DNA from: a virus
Virus record (IMG/VR): IMGVR_UViG_3300027708_000057
Coordinates: 10,354 to 74,353 of that record
DNA: 64,000 bases
Direction: 5' to 3' (one strand)
Of the stretch, positions 29,315 through 40,420 are shown piece after piece. Under the pieces are notes generated by a model. That model was not told where the DNA came from and made no database searches. It was given only the letters and a program-made list of their open reading frames with translations. Each line of letters begins with the position of its first letter. The stretch's first letter is position 1. The translations under genes and the position numbers were made by a program.

Positions 29315-29689
29315 TCATAGATTTGAAAAGTAATAGAATGTACCAAATAAGGTAATGTAATGAATCATTTGATCAGCACCAATGATAACAAATGCATTGT
29401 GATAATCGTTCTCTTTGAATAGTAGAGATGATGCTTGGGATGTGCAATAATCAGTGAAGAAATGTGCAACACTATTAACTACTAACCAAAATGACACATG
29501 TAACCAATTATGAAAATATATCGAGTTTAAAACTGTCATACAACATAGACCACTAATGTAAACATTAATATGTTCCCAAAGAGCTAAATTGGACTTGGAT
29601 TTATTCTTCGCCATTTCATCTGTTTGTAGAAAAAAGTCAAAGATCCAATGAATAATTAGAAATGTAAAAATAGTGTAAAGCGAGATCAT
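29315..29689 (-). CDS. DUF3307-like membrane protein
   Basis: HWIFDFFLQT..MAKNK, HFFTDY and IGADQMIH. Confidence 0.8.
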   Translation of the reverse strand: MISLYTIFTFLIIHWIFDFFLQTDEMAKNKSKSNLALWEHINVYISGLCCMTVLNSIYFHNWLHVSFWLVVNSVAHFFTDYCTSQASSLLFKENDYHNAFVIIGADQMIHYITLFGTFYYFSNL

Positions 29690-29700
29690 AATTTTTAACT

Positions 29701-30237
29701 TTATTTCTCATTATAAGCTTCTTCAAGACGACGATAATCCTTCCAAAGAGTTGCTAATTCCAGTTTGAGCATTAGATTATCTTCACAGAGTTCTTTTTGA
29801 TCAAGCTTCTCAACATCCTTCCAGTCCAATGCTTTATTAGCCAAGTCTTGAGCATATTCTGTACCATCTCGAATCATTTCAAGAGTTTCTTTATATATAC
29901 AGTAATCATTTTGAAGACATTCGATAGTTTTCTCAACTTGGTCAATGTCAATATCTAGTCCAAGTATATCACACAACCTTTCTTCGGCTTCTGCATACTT
30001 AGAATATTTCTCAACAAAGAAACCAATTCGTTCAGAAAGATTTTCGGGCTTGTGTGTAGTTACATTACCTACAGGAATCTCTCTCATACAATCATTGATA
30101 ATCTTCGATTGTTCAATAACTAATTTAGCAAGAGTTTCCCCAGCTTTTTTGTACTCTGCTATCTTTCGGTCAGCGTTTGCGAGTTGCTGATTAAGATTTG
30201 CTATCATTTCTAACGTATTTATTTGTATTGTTTTCAT
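29701..30237 (-). CDS. coiled-coil hypothetical protein
   Basis: Long ORF with heptad-rich sequence. Confidence 0.5.
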   Translation of the reverse strand: MKTIQINTLEMIANLNQQLANADRKIAEYKKAGETLAKLVIEQSKIINDCMREIPVGNVTTHKPENLSERIGFFVEKYSKYAEAEERLCDILGLDIDIDQVEKTIECLQNDYCIYKETLEMIRDGTEYAQDLANKALDWKDVEKLDQKELCEDNLMLKLELATLWKDYRRLEEAYNEK

Positions 30238-30469
30238 ATTATTTTTAATTAAAGTTTTCAGAATTGTCTCGGAATAACATATCAATAGTGGCAAGCTCAG
30301 CCAGAACTTCCTCTTGGTTTAAAGCTATATTTCGATAAATATAGATTCTTCCGCAAATATCTTTGAGAATTATCAGTTGTTCTTCGGGTGTGTAATCAAG
30401 AATATTTTTTAGTTTCTCTTTTTCCATGGATTATTATATCACATTTTTCAAGGAGCGTAAATAAAATAA

Positions 30470-31549
30470 TCAGCAATTAAAATACCACCCTCGATCAGTA
30501 AGTGTTAGTATTTGTTCAAATGCTGTTGTATATTGTTTACCACAAGTTTCAAGACTATACCTTGATCGTGCAATTTCAGCTACTTTACTACGATCTATAT
30601 CAGAACATTTTTCAATCGCTTCCAACCATTGTTGCAACATTTTACAGCGATAACCTGTAACTCCTTCAATTGAATTTGTTTCTTGAAAACAACCGTAATC
30701 AACACTAATCATTGGAGTTCCACAAAGAGCTGCTTCGATATTACTACCGCCTAGAGGTTCTATGTACTCAGTAGGAGCAAGAATTGCTCTCGCATTACCC
30801 AAAAACTTAGATCTGTCTTTGCCAGTAATAGGATCTCGAAATATAATTTTAGATTCCCTCCATGGAGTAGTATCACCTTGGCCACATGCAATAACTGGAA
30901 GGTTTATACGATTAGCAATTTCAGCGACGGTATTTAATCCTTTGGCTGAACAGATTCTCCCAAAGTATGCAATATATCCTTCAGGATTTAAATTAATATC
31001 CCAATCATCAATATCAAAATAATTCGGAATTACAAAATCAAAGTTCTTTCCAGAACTATTACTTTTGCCATAACAGAAATTACGCCATGCATGTGATTCA
31101 AAAATTTTAAAAGTTGATTCCATTTGATCTGGATAACCGATTCCACTTTCCACATGATAACAGTTCGGAAACAAAGAAACTACCTTTGAATGTGCAGTAC
31201 CAAATGGATGGCAAATTATATCTCCATCCTTAACATTATTAAGTAATGCAATTAATAATCTTTTTTCAAATTCTATATGATGTGGAGAACCAATTGTTGC
31301 AACGTCTCCATGGAAAATACTTTCTTTTCCAATAAGGGATTTGAGTTCGGTTTCAGAAAGAATTTGAATAATTCTATTACACCCCGATTCACTGTTTCCA
31401 TTCGAGTATTCAATACAATCCCAACCTTCTCGCTGCATCATTTTTGCCCATCTCAAGACTTTTCCTGTAAATGCACAATGAGAATATTCTTGATTTGGAA
31501 TTGTGTGAAACAATCCAATCATGTGAAGAGATGTCCTATTATTGCTCAT
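30470..31549 (-). CDS. GT-B (GT4-like) glycosyltransferase
   Basis: YFGRICSAKG and APTEYIEPLGGSNIEAALCGTP. Confidence 0.85.
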   Translation of the reverse strand: MSNNRTSLHMIGLFHTIPNQEYSHCAFTGKVLRWAKMMQREGWDCIEYSNGNSESGCNRIIQILSETELKSLIGKESIFHGDVATIGSPHHIEFEKRLLIALLNNVKDGDIICHPFGTAHSKVVSLFPNCYHVESGIGYPDQMESTFKIFESHAWRNFCYGKSNSSGKNFDFVIPNYFDIDDWDINLNPEGYIAYFGRICSAKGLNTVAEIANRINLPVIACGQGDTTPWRESKIIFRDPITGKDRSKFLGNARAILAPTEYIEPLGGSNIEAALCGTPMISVDYGCFQETNSIEGVTGYRCKMLQQWLEAIEKCSDIDRSKVAEIARSRYSLETCGKQYTTAFEQILTLTDRGWYFNC

Positions 31550-32063
31550 TATGAAGTTGAATTAGAAATTCTGTAACATCCAAAAATTCACCATTCCCAT
31601 ATTCTACTCCATAGAAATCATCACATTGATAATAACGATCTGTATCGATCCCGATCAAATCAATCTTATTCATATTATATTTCCATGGTAGATTATCGAT
31701 AAGAACATTATTTTTATGAGCCATAGCGCATGGACAAGTTGTTCCTCCTCCGTATACAGTTGATGCCCAATGATTGTTAATCATTTCTTTATGGAAAATA
31801 TGATCTTCATCAAACCCGAATTTACCCAGCTCATTAACTTTGGTAGCATAATCCTTGGTGGCAACAGTCAAAATATATACATTATCACGTCCAACGAGAT
31901 TACGAGAAAATTCAATAAGATCCAATGCTCTGGGATGAATGATTGAAAAATATCGTAATGCTCGTTCTCCAAGCACGAATGTGATATGATCCTGTTCTGG
32001 AGCAGGATATAAAGTATGAATTAGAGTCTCATCAAGGTCTATAAAAATACAATTGATTGCCAT
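31539..32063 (-). CDS. HAD-superfamily (NIF/FCP1-like) phosphatase
   Basis: IFIDLDETLIH and VLIDN. Confidence 0.75.
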   Translation of the reverse strand: MAINCIFIDLDETLIHTLYPAPEQDHITFVLGERALRYFSIIHPRALDLIEFSRNLVGRDNVYILTVATKDYATKVNELGKFGFDEDHIFHKEMINNHWASTVYGGGTTCPCAMAHKNNVLIDNLPWKYNMNKIDLIGIDTDRYYQCDDFYGVEYGNGEFLDVTEFLIQLHNEQ

Positions 32064-32916
32064 TAATTTATTATATCAGGATTGGCTTGTAAAGGATAAT
32101 TTATTAAGAAATGATATCCCAATTATGAAGAAATTCTTTAAAGCTTCCTTCCCATCTAAAATCTCGATCTGTATTTACTAGAACGAAATCTCCATTTAAA
32201 TCTGCAGCAATTAATGTAGCAATAACTTCAGGATCAAGACTATATGAAGAATAGTTACGACCAAGCAATATTGAATATTTTTTACACAATTCGATTTTTT
32301 CGGAATTATTCATGAGTTTCAAATTCTATATCATCTGAGATTCCACACTCTTTACAACTATCCCAAAGAAGACTAAATTTATCATCACTAAAATCTCCTT
32401 GTTTTAGAAAATGACAGAAACCATTTGCTTGTTTTGGAAATTGTAATATTTTATCCCAGAAAGGGCATTGTTTATAAGTACCATCTTCGCCTCGACTATA
32501 ACAATAAAGTGTATTCTTTGGAATAAATGAATGAGCTTCTTCTTCTGTCAATGCAGCTTCGATTACACATTCTTCATTAAGACTTGGCCAGATACCCAGT
32601 GGATGTACTCCAGCATCAAGCAATTCTTGTTTGGTCGCATAGAGCCAATATAAATTTCTATTTGTGTAGAAATCATTAGGATAGTCTTGATAGTTCATAT
32701 TATTAACAGTATGGTTGTTTAAATTTAACAAAGTAATCTTCACTAACTAATTCAAAGAAATGAGTCTTAATCATATTTCGTTTTTGAGCTTCTTTGACTA
32801 TAGCAGCAATAGATTCTTCACTTTCAGCTTCTTTCATGGTGTTCCAATAAAAGTTATGGAATTTCTCCCAGGTTTTATTATCTGTTGAACAAATGACTAT
32901 AGTCTTTAAAGCTTTT

Positions 32917-33366
32917 TTAGTTCCTTTGATTTTCATAATCTGATAAAACTTTTGCAATATTTACAGCACCAACCGAATTTGCACTATGTACATGCCATAC
33001 AGGAAGTGCTACATTAGCTTCTTTACATTTCTGCACTAACAATTGAGCACAATGATATCCGGTACTTTTTGGACTTAGATTTCCATATTCAATAAGATTA
33101 GTAAGTTGTGTAACTTTAAAGTAATGTTGAATATGTTCAAATGATAAATCATGATCAAATGAAACCATGGAAGGAATTCCATATTCATTAATAGCATTTT
33201 CAAATTCAGAATATGATCTTACAATATCCCAATCATGTGATTCAGTACTCGTTAGAACAAGTAATGAAATAGTTGCAACAAGACCTAAATCTTTTCTACG
33301 TACTCCCGACACAAATGCATCGGAAGGATTTCTCAGATCATCTAGAAAGAGATTGAATGGTTTCAT
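32917..33366 (-). CDS. cyclic-phosphate-processing receiver-like domain protein
   Basis: LFLDDLR, WDIVRSY, SFDHDL, TGY and VHSAN. Confidence 0.8.
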   Translation of the reverse strand: MKPFNLFLDDLRNPSDAFVSGVRRKDLGLVATISLLVLTSTESHDWDIVRSYSEFENAINEYGIPSMVSFDHDLSFEHIQHYFKVTQLTNLIEYGNLSPKSTGYHCAQLLVQKCKEANVALPVWHVHSANSVGAVNIAKVLSDYENQRN

Positions 33367-33914
33367 GTGAATTGTTTATCTAATTGATAATGGCAATTTT
33401 CAATAGCTTTAAAAATATCTTCATTCGAACAATTAAACATATTATATACAGGAATCCCTAAATCTTGTGCAATACGGATTGCTTGTCCGGTCCCTCCAAC
33501 AATCTCTCCTCCAGGTGTCCAACAAAGCACAAATTCTGAATTAGCTTCTCCATTACGTCCAACTATCTGTCGATAGTTTCTTGCCATCAATTTCAGACTG
33601 TTTGAATTTAGACTATTCATTTTAGGATGATACTTGGCGATAGATGCAAATGCTTCCTTATCATCAGGAAAAATTACTTCATAGATATGTTTAGGATATC
33701 TATTAGAAAATCCCTTATTGAATCCATAATATGGTAACCAAATCTGAGCTTCACTTTTAACTCCTGATGAAAATGCTTGATCTGAACCAATAGCATTTCC
33801 GGATCGTAATGTGTAACCTTTAATTTCGAGAACAATTGCTATTGCCCACATTCGATCTTGAATATCTTGTGGAGCTTTTCGGCTTCCAATACCAGCATAG
33901 AATTTTTTACTCAT
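33363..33914 (-). CDS. SLOG/DprA-like nucleotide-binding protein
   Basis: YAGIGSR, LRSGNAIGSD, RNYRQIVG and GGTGQAIRIA. Confidence 0.8.
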   Translation of the reverse strand: MSKKFYAGIGSRKAPQDIQDRMWAIAIVLEIKGYTLRSGNAIGSDQAFSSGVKSEAQIWLPYYGFNKGFSNRYPKHIYEVIFPDDKEAFASIAKYHPKMNSLNSNSLKLMARNYRQIVGRNGEANSEFVLCWTPGGEIVGGTGQAIRIAQDLGIPVYNMFNCSNEDIFKAIENCHYQLDKQFT

Positions 33915-34132
33915 ATAGACTATTTCTCAAAAATATGTTCTTCAGCAAGTTCTGGGTTCCAGGTCGGATTCATCACGTAATCCCATAACCAATTCTTCTC
34001 ACTTTTAGAAAGGTGATCAGGTAATGATTCTTCAAGATCAATATATTTCAAATCAATTGCTGATTGTAATACTTCAATTTCATTTTTTACAAAATCAACC
34101 CGCTCTTTTTGTTCTTTGTTTAATTTCATATT

Positions 34133-34831
34133 TTATTTCCAAATGTCGAATTGTTTTCTGTATTCGATAATGATATCCTCTATATTATTCAGTTTTGAAA
34201 CCATGCCCCATTCATCATGAATACATTCAGGAGAATGGATAATATCCATGATTGAATCTATCAATTTTTGTTCAGGGGTTGGATATTTCGATCTACTTTG
34301 TCGAAGATTATTTTCAAGTTCTGCTCTTTGAATCTTAAACTTAATTTCATTTTCTTGAATCTGTTCTTCACTATATTCAATAGGATCTTCAACTAAAAAC
34401 AATTCAATTGTTTGAAGAAGTCCTTGATAAAATATAGCTTTATATTCAACCCACCCAGTTTCAAATTTATGCTGATTATTAATATCAATCTTATAATTAA
34501 GATGATGCCAAACTTCATAGAAATTGATAGTTCCAGTAAATAATACAGGTTCCCACCAAGTCTTAGTTCTAATATAAGAACCTAAAGCTTTTAATTTTTC
34601 ATGACACGAGGCAGATTCTATATTTTCTACTGGGTCACTTTCAGACCAAACCCCTTCATATTTTTCCAATAGAAGAATACCACTCGATTCAATCTTATAG
34701 TAAGATATTGAATTGTCAATATCTTTCGTTTGCCACATTATTTCAGAAGAATTGCCGCCACGGTGTGCTAAAAATTCTAAAGGTAAGTTTGGTAATGTAA
34801 ATTCACACAAGATATAATCGAACATTGACAT
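34133..34831 (-). CDS. hypothetical protein
   Basis: MSMFDYI.C...WQTKD...FTGTINFY...WVEYKA.F..G phage-type pattern. Confidence 0.6.
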   Translation of the reverse strand: MSMFDYILCEFTLPNLPLEFLAHRGGNSSEIMWQTKDIDNSISYYKIESSGILLLEKYEGVWSESDPVENIESASCHEKLKALGSYIRTKTWWEPVLFTGTINFYEVWHHLNYKIDINNQHKFETGWVEYKAIFYQGLLQTIELFLVEDPIEYSEEQIQENEIKFKIQRAELENNLRQSRSKYPTPEQKLIDSIMDIIHSPECIHDEWGMVSKLNNIEDIIIEYRKQFDIWK

Positions 34832-35327
34832 AAAAATATCTATACAATAGAAATATCCCTTGGATCACAATCCCCATAATCATCTTCATCATCATCTTGA
34901 AATAATTTATCGGATTGTAATTGCTTCTTTCCAAGAAGTCTATGACAAAGACACAATTGAATAAGCTCAGAAATTGAAATCTTTACAAGCCTATTACTAT
35001 TTTCTTCACTAAATTGTACATGTGTATTATAAATAGTCATAGTTCTGTCAATGAAGTTAGAAGACGATTTAGAGCGTTTGGAAATTGTTTTTCATATTCT
35101 TTATTTGGATCTCCTAAGGAATACATTGAACCTGATTTAGTTACAATGAAATCTTTATATCTACCCTTGATTGTAGAAGTAATAATTGGATCTCCATCCT
35201 TAAAATTTTGTCGGTCCGTAACAAACCCAGCAATTGCCATTCGACGTAGTTCGGGGGCTAGACACGGGTTTTGATCGTCAAGAGCAATAATAGACCAATC
35301 GTTAATTTTTGGAAAATAATTCATTTT

Positions 35328-35777
35328 TTAATGTGTTAAAATATATTGGCTCATTCGATATTTATCGAGAAGTGTTCCCGGGTTTAAATCATATGCGTTA
35401 TGTTCATTATCTGCCCATTTCACACGCCGAGCAAAGTAATTATCTTTTGCGCGAAGAACTGCATTGATATATGGTTCTTCACTATGTTTGGTCAATGCAT
35501 CAACGGCATCAGCAATGATAGAACCGAAACGACTATAAAGTTCATGACGATCCACCCAACTAACATCTTCAATAGTGTCATGTAAAAGTGCTACTGTATA
35601 CAAGATATCCCCCTCTAGAGTACTAAAGGGTTCGAACACTTTATCACATTTAGCCAAAACAATTTCTGCAGCCGCAATAGGATGAGTGATATAAGGAAGT
35701 CCAGAACCATTTCGTAATTGTCCTTGATGAGCAATTGTTGCAAATTCTAAAGCGTGTTCTTTGAGTGATTGTTTCAT
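35328..35777 (-). CDS. stand-alone RelA/SpoT-type HD hydrolase (small alarmone hydrolase-like)
   Basis: AHQGQLR.GSGLPYITHP, ALLHDTIED and VKWADNEHN. Confidence 0.85.
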   Translation of the reverse strand: MKQSLKEHALEFATIAHQGQLRNGSGLPYITHPIAAAEIVLAKCDKVFEPFSTLEGDILYTVALLHDTIEDVSWVDRHELYSRFGSIIADAVDALTKHSEEPYINAVLRAKDNYFARRVKWADNEHNAYDLNPGTLLDKYRMSQYILTH

Positions 35778-35778
35778 A

Positions 35779-36237
35779 TTAAAGTCGAATACTACTTTTC
35801 TTTAATTGTTCAAATTCTTCAAGAATATCAAATTCGTCGATATCCACTGTTTCTGTATTCTTTTTCACGTAGAGATCCTTAACTAAATTACGCTCAGTCA
35901 TGTGACGTTTGACAATCTTAGCAATCAAATTTTTGCGAGCAAGCAAGGTTTCTTCTGAAATTTCAGTCTCTGTCTTGATATGCTTTAGAATCTTCGGGGC
36001 TTTTGGAGTTTTTGGACTCTTCGTCTTTTTATAAGTCTTTTCAGCGACGATTGCGCTTTCTACTGCATACTTGCCAGGACTTATTTTCTTAGAATTTCCA
36101 AGAAATAGTTCTCGAATAATACGGCCAGGCACCTTGAAAGTTTTCGCAGTATTAAATAGAAATACTGGCGAAAACCCCAAGTCAGAATTTGGGAGCGCCT
36201 TCAAATAGGTAATCATCGAATCGAATTTATTTTGCAT
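35779..36237 (-). CDS. basic hypothetical (early) protein
   Basis: Lys-rich ORF downstream of a strong early promoter. Confidence 0.55.
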   Translation of the reverse strand: MQNKFDSMITYLKALPNSDLGFSPVFLFNTAKTFKVPGRIIRELFLGNSKKISPGKYAVESAIVAEKTYKKTKSPKTPKAPKILKHIKTETEISEETLLARKNLIAKIVKRHMTERNLVKDLYVKKNTETVDIDEFDILEEFEQLKKSSIRL

Positions 36238-36273
36238 AATTTAGCTTTGGTTGTAGTATTGTTTTGAGATTTT

Positions 36274-36627
36274 TCAATAATCACAAACGGTTCCACGATT
36301 TGCAGGATTGGAATCCCATGCGAATTGCCGCGCCATATCCTCTTCTTGCCAAGCAACTGATCCATAAACCGAAAATGTTTCGGACCAAAGACCTGGAGAA
36401 ATTGCACCCACATTCTTAATTCGAGTAACCAGCTTTTGAGCTTTTTTAATTTCTTCAAGATTGAATTGAATTCCCGAAAGAATATACCGACGACCATCCG
36501 AAGTGGTTGCACTAATAAACAAGGCTTTATCATATCTGTCACCATTCGGATTACCCATATCGGAATATTCCGAATCTGAGTCGAAAATATACTCGTCTTC
36601 AAATAGAACGACATCATGAATTCTCAT
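36274..36627 (-). CDS. hypothetical early protein
   Basis: First ORF after the promoter at 36660-36689. Confidence 0.6.
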   Translation of the reverse strand: MRIHDVVLFEDEYIFDSDSEYSDMGNPNGDRYDKALFISATTSDGRRYILSGIQFNLEEIKKAQKLVTRIKNVGAISPGLWSETFSVYGSVAWQEEDMARQFAWDSNPANRGTVCDY

Positions 36628-36659
36628 GGTAGTGGTGTTTGAGGTTTCCGTACGGGCTC

Positions 36660-36689
36660 ACTATACCACAAAAACCAGTTCCTGTAAAC
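36660..36689 (-). promoter_or_regulatory. T4-early-like promoter
   Basis: GTTTACA-17-TATAGT with TGTGG extended -10. Confidence 0.8.
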
Positions 36690-36832
36690 AAAAAAGTGTG
36701 TAAAAAGAGAAAATAATTTTGACCATTGATTTACAACGAGTTACGTCCAAAATTCCGAGTTTTTTCTATTCCTCAAAGAAAAGAGACGCAGTGGACGCAT
36801 TTTCTGTGCTGGGAAACCAGATTCGAGGAGCG

Positions 36833-37963
36833 TTAGGAGAAGAATTGATCTAAGGAGTTACGAATTTGTGATGCAATTGGAATGCTTGAGTCTTGTCCTG
36901 TCCAATATGGGTAGAACTCACGACTAAGATGAATTGATTTAGGAGTTTCCATATATGCAAAATCGAGTTCGCCACTTGCATTAATAAGGTAATTAGTCCA
37001 TTTCTTAAAGGTAATAGTAGGATGAGAATCACATAGATTTTCAAGAGTATTATTAAATTCTGTCCGAACTGCATTTCGCTCAAGCCATGTTCCCCAAAAT
37101 GGCTTTCCTTTATAGAACCCGGTCTTAGGAATCTTTCGAGATGGATTTTCAATAGGTAACAATTCATACAATACAATATTAGGAATTGTTAATTCTTTTG
37201 CGGCATTAAAATAGCGTGTTGCTAATTCCTTTGCATTATGAATATGATTGCCTTCTAGACGGCATAGGTGATGGCGAACATCAATATTTCCAAAATAACA
37301 TTCTAAATATTTAACTTCATTTAGCGGACGAATTTCTTCAACAAATGAACTTAATCCGCTGGTCAATGCACCATTCAATGTTTTAGACTTAACAGAGTTA
37401 ACTGTCCAGCCTGGGCGATACATACAAATTGCGTGAGAATCACCAATTACAACCTTATCAGTAATGTGAGGAAATGGAACACATTGCATAGATTCGACCA
37501 TTTTACCCAGATTATCCATGTCTACATCATACCAACCTGGTTGAATAACCCAAGTACCTTTAACTTCTGCTGAATGTAGCCTTCTTTTAAGAAGCGTATG
37601 ATATTCTGGGCATTGTACTCCCAAAGAGTATACTTTTCCTTTAAATTTTGATACATTGATAACATTGGATAGATATAGAAATCCGTATACTCCATTATAT
37701 AAATTTATAACTTTATTCCAATCAGATCCATGGTAAAGGAACATATCATCAAACTCATTATGATTTGTTATTGTTTTAGCTCGCCAATCAATAACAACTT
37801 CATCATACTTACCAGATTGTTTGATCATATCAGCATAGATGACACCTAAGGCTGATCTATGAGAACCCAATATAGATGTAATTGGAACAAACGGACATGT
37901 AACTAGTGCTCTTCTTGTAGTAGTCATATATGTTAGGAAAATATTAGAGTAGCATATGTCCAA
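36833..37963 (-). CDS. protein with C-terminal SGNH/GDSL-like domain, DNA-modification operon
   Basis: VIGDSHA, YFGNIDVRHH and terminal SIHLS. Confidence 0.55.
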   Translation of the reverse strand: MDICYSNIFLTYMTTTRRALVTCPFVPITSILGSHRSALGVIYADMIKQSGKYDEVVIDWRAKTITNHNEFDDMFLYHGSDWNKVINLYNGVYGFLYLSNVINVSKFKGKVYSLGVQCPEYHTLLKRRLHSAEVKGTWVIQPGWYDVDMDNLGKMVESMQCVPFPHITDKVVIGDSHAICMYRPGWTVNSVKSKTLNGALTSGLSSFVEEIRPLNEVKYLECYFGNIDVRHHLCRLEGNHIHNAKELATRYFNAAKELTIPNIVLYELLPIENPSRKIPKTGFYKGKPFWGTWLERNAVRTEFNNTLENLCDSHPTITFKKWTNYLINASGELDFAYMETPKSIHLSREFYPYWTGQDSSIPIASQIRNSLDQFFS

Positions 37964-39138
37964 TCTGAATATTGAGGAAGTTCCTTTACCTTTTTTATAT
38001 ATTGGATAGGGGTTAATCCAGCAGATCGTATTACTTGATCTGAGAAAAATCCTCCAGAAAGATTATTAAAAGATTTTACCAATCCTAAATCCAGCATAGC
38101 CTTTTGCCTGCCGTATGGATGAATAAGTTTACTTGAATTCCATAAAGTATCACCATCAATATGATTATAATCAGAACCTGAACGGTAATAATTTGTAATG
38201 TATCGAATAAAATCACAAGCAACATCTTCTGCATTATAAGGCTCTGACCCAGTATCTTCAAAGATTTGCATCATAATAGCATCCAACAAATCATCTGTTT
38301 TCATTTTAACCTTAGTTTTTGCAAGGTATGAAATACATTCTGTTGCATTACTACCATAATAAAATAAAGAATTTCGATTAACATACTGAGGAAACCAATC
38401 TGCAATATCAGAGATTGTTGCTGCATACTGGAAGAAGTATTTTCTAAGACCATTCTTAACATTCCAATCTAGCATAAAAGTACCAATCTCACGCAGGTCT
38501 TTTTTATTACCCTTTACCAACCAATCTGCTAATTCTCTTGCAAGACGAGGAGCATACTCACATAAGTAATAATCACCACCCCGTTTATATTCGGATGGTG
38601 GTTTAGGAAATGCTGGAAATTGATATCCAACTGAAGAATAAAAAGAATTCTTTTCGTTTTTAATCATATGACACATCTTTTCAATACTATCGGCTCGATA
38701 AAGTTTTGATAATATTGTATTGTAATACCCCGACGGTCTTAATGAATAATTAATACCTGAGCCACATACACGATGTAAAATGAATATGTATAGCCATTCA
38801 GGTAAACCAAACTGTGATTGTTTGCCGGTCCAATCATGTGCTATAACATTCCTCTGTTCACAATAAAGACCGGCGCTCATCTTTTTCCAATACGGATGAT
38901 CTTCTGACCAACCATAAAAACAATCATGTATAATCTGTGAAAATCCTGCATATGATCTTTCAACAACATCATATAACTCAATCTGCTCCATAAGGTCATC
39001 TCCTATACCAGATTGAGCATGTGGAATCATTCCATACGGAGGATCTTGTGAAACATTACATTTCTTCTGTTGTTCCTTGGCGAAATTATAATAACGAATA
39101 AATTCATTATAATATTCAGTTTTTTCAATTAAAGACAT
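37933..39138 (-). CDS. putative DNA base hypermodification enzyme (aGPT-Pplase/HhH-like)
   Basis: LHRVCGSG, GYQFPAFPKP and C-terminal NAEDVACDF resembling the ExxxC motif. Operon context with gp42. Confidence 0.5.
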   Translation of the reverse strand: MSLIEKTEYYNEFIRYYNFAKEQQKKCNVSQDPPYGMIPHAQSGIGDDLMEQIELYDVVERSYAGFSQIIHDCFYGWSEDHPYWKKMSAGLYCEQRNVIAHDWTGKQSQFGLPEWLYIFILHRVCGSGINYSLRPSGYYNTILSKLYRADSIEKMCHMIKNEKNSFYSSVGYQFPAFPKPPSEYKRGGDYYLCEYAPRLARELADWLVKGNKKDLREIGTFMLDWNVKNGLRKYFFQYAATISDIADWFPQYVNRNSLFYYGSNATECISYLAKTKVKMKTDDLLDAIMMQIFEDTGSEPYNAEDVACDFIRYITNYYRSGSDYNHIDGDTLWNSSKLIHPYGRQKAMLDLGLVKSFNNLSGGFFSDQVIRSAGLTPIQYIKKVKELPQYSDWTYATLIFS

Positions 39139-39139
39139 A

Positions 39140-39490
39140 TTAATCTTTTTTGTAAGGGCGATTTAGAAAATCATGATCTAGATTTTGACCATTAATCTTT
39201 CCACGAGAATATGCAATTGCGAAAGATAGGTAATTAATTGCATCCTTAAAACTGTCTTCAAAAGATTCAAAATTAGGTTCATATGTAGGATCATTTGTCA
39301 TGGCTTCAATAACAGATCGAGCTCTAAGAATCTTAGCATGTACAATATCAACAATTGTAGATACACCATTGAGATAGTAGTCGGCTTGTTTAATCCGCGA
39401 ATATGGATTTTGATAATCTCGAGATTTTAATTTTTGAGTCTCAATACATTCTTTGAGAACTGTTACAGATTCAGCTTGAATTTGATTCAT
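39140..39490 (-). CDS. nucleotide-modification-associated small helical protein (DUF1599/Nmad-like)
   Basis: KSRDYQ, K..R and ESFEDSFKDAINY. Confidence 0.6.
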   Translation of the reverse strand: MNQIQAESVTVLKECIETQKLKSRDYQNPYSRIKQADYYLNGVSTIVDIVHAKILRARSVIEAMTNDPTYEPNFESFEDSFKDAINYLSFAIAYSRGKINGQNLDHDFLNRPYKKD

Positions 39491-39538
39491 TTAGTTTTAG
39501 TTATAGAGATTTTAAGAAGCGATTTGGGACTCTTAGGT

Positions 39539-40243
39539 TCAACAATATGTGATATTATTTACTAAGTAAAGATAGTCTTCAATATATTTGAAATGACGTT
39601 CATATAAATGTAGTGATCCTACCTGCCAAGTAATGTTCCCTTTTAAGAGAGGATTATCTCCATTAACTCCATTGTAATCACTAATAAGAGAATTAAGCAT
39701 ATATTCCTGCCATGCATAATCATTGGCATATCCGAAGATGAGATCATTGCTCCTCATTTGCACAACTGCATGCATTTTACTACTACGAATTAGATATTGA
39801 ACAGTATTTGTGCAAATAAAATCAGACATACCATCCTTATTATAATCAGTATGCATGGTAGGCCTTGTGTAAATCATGACAGCACGACGACTATGGGGAT
39901 TAATAAGCAGTTCGTTAAGAACGTTTATATATTGATCTCCGTTTTTATATGAATCAACAAGGTATCCATAATTCGAATTGATGAGACCTTCAGGAGATGC
40001 GACTTCTTGCCAAATCTTAGGCGTAACACCGCGAATATCATTCACGTTAAGAGATTGAGATTGATACCATTCAAGTTCTCTCGCAATATATTCTATATTA
40101 GGTTTACCAAAAATAGCCGGTTCATCTGCAATAAAACTTGTACCAACCAATTCAATAGTTTTTACTCCGCTCTTATCAATTACAAATTCACTTGTTTGAT
40201 ACTTTACTAATAATTGGCGTCGTATTGATTCTACATTATCCAT
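39539..40243 (-). CDS. gp42: dCMP hydroxymethylase (gp42-like, thymidylate synthase fold)
   Basis: INSNYG, MSDFICTNTVQYLIR, MRSNDLIFGYANDYAWQ (Asp at the pyrimidine-specificity position) and GSLHLYERH. Confidence 0.88.
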   Translation of the reverse strand: MDNVESIRRQLLVKYQTSEFVIDKSGVKTIELVGTSFIADEPAIFGKPNIEYIARELEWYQSQSLNVNDIRGVTPKIWQEVASPEGLINSNYGYLVDSYKNGDQYINVLNELLINPHSRRAVMIYTRPTMHTDYNKDGMSDFICTNTVQYLIRSSKMHAVVQMRSNDLIFGYANDYAWQEYMLNSLISDYNGVNGDNPLLKGNITWQVGSLHLYERHFKYIEDYLYLVNNITYC

Positions 40244-40420
40244 ATGTATTTAATATTATACGTTATTTTTATCTAATAGTAAACAACAAAAACGAAAATA
40301 ATTGACTCACTACTATAAACAAGCGGCTTAGGAAGATGGTAAAAATCCATGAGACTTTCAATTCCTTTATCTTATCGGATATTCTACTGTAGATGGTTGT
40401 AAGTTGTCTCAAACTATGGG

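Noticed and set aside
39539-40243. Ordinary thymidylate synthase or dUMP hydroxymethylase
   Set aside because: Asp rather than Asn at the specificity position and close motif match to T4 gp42.
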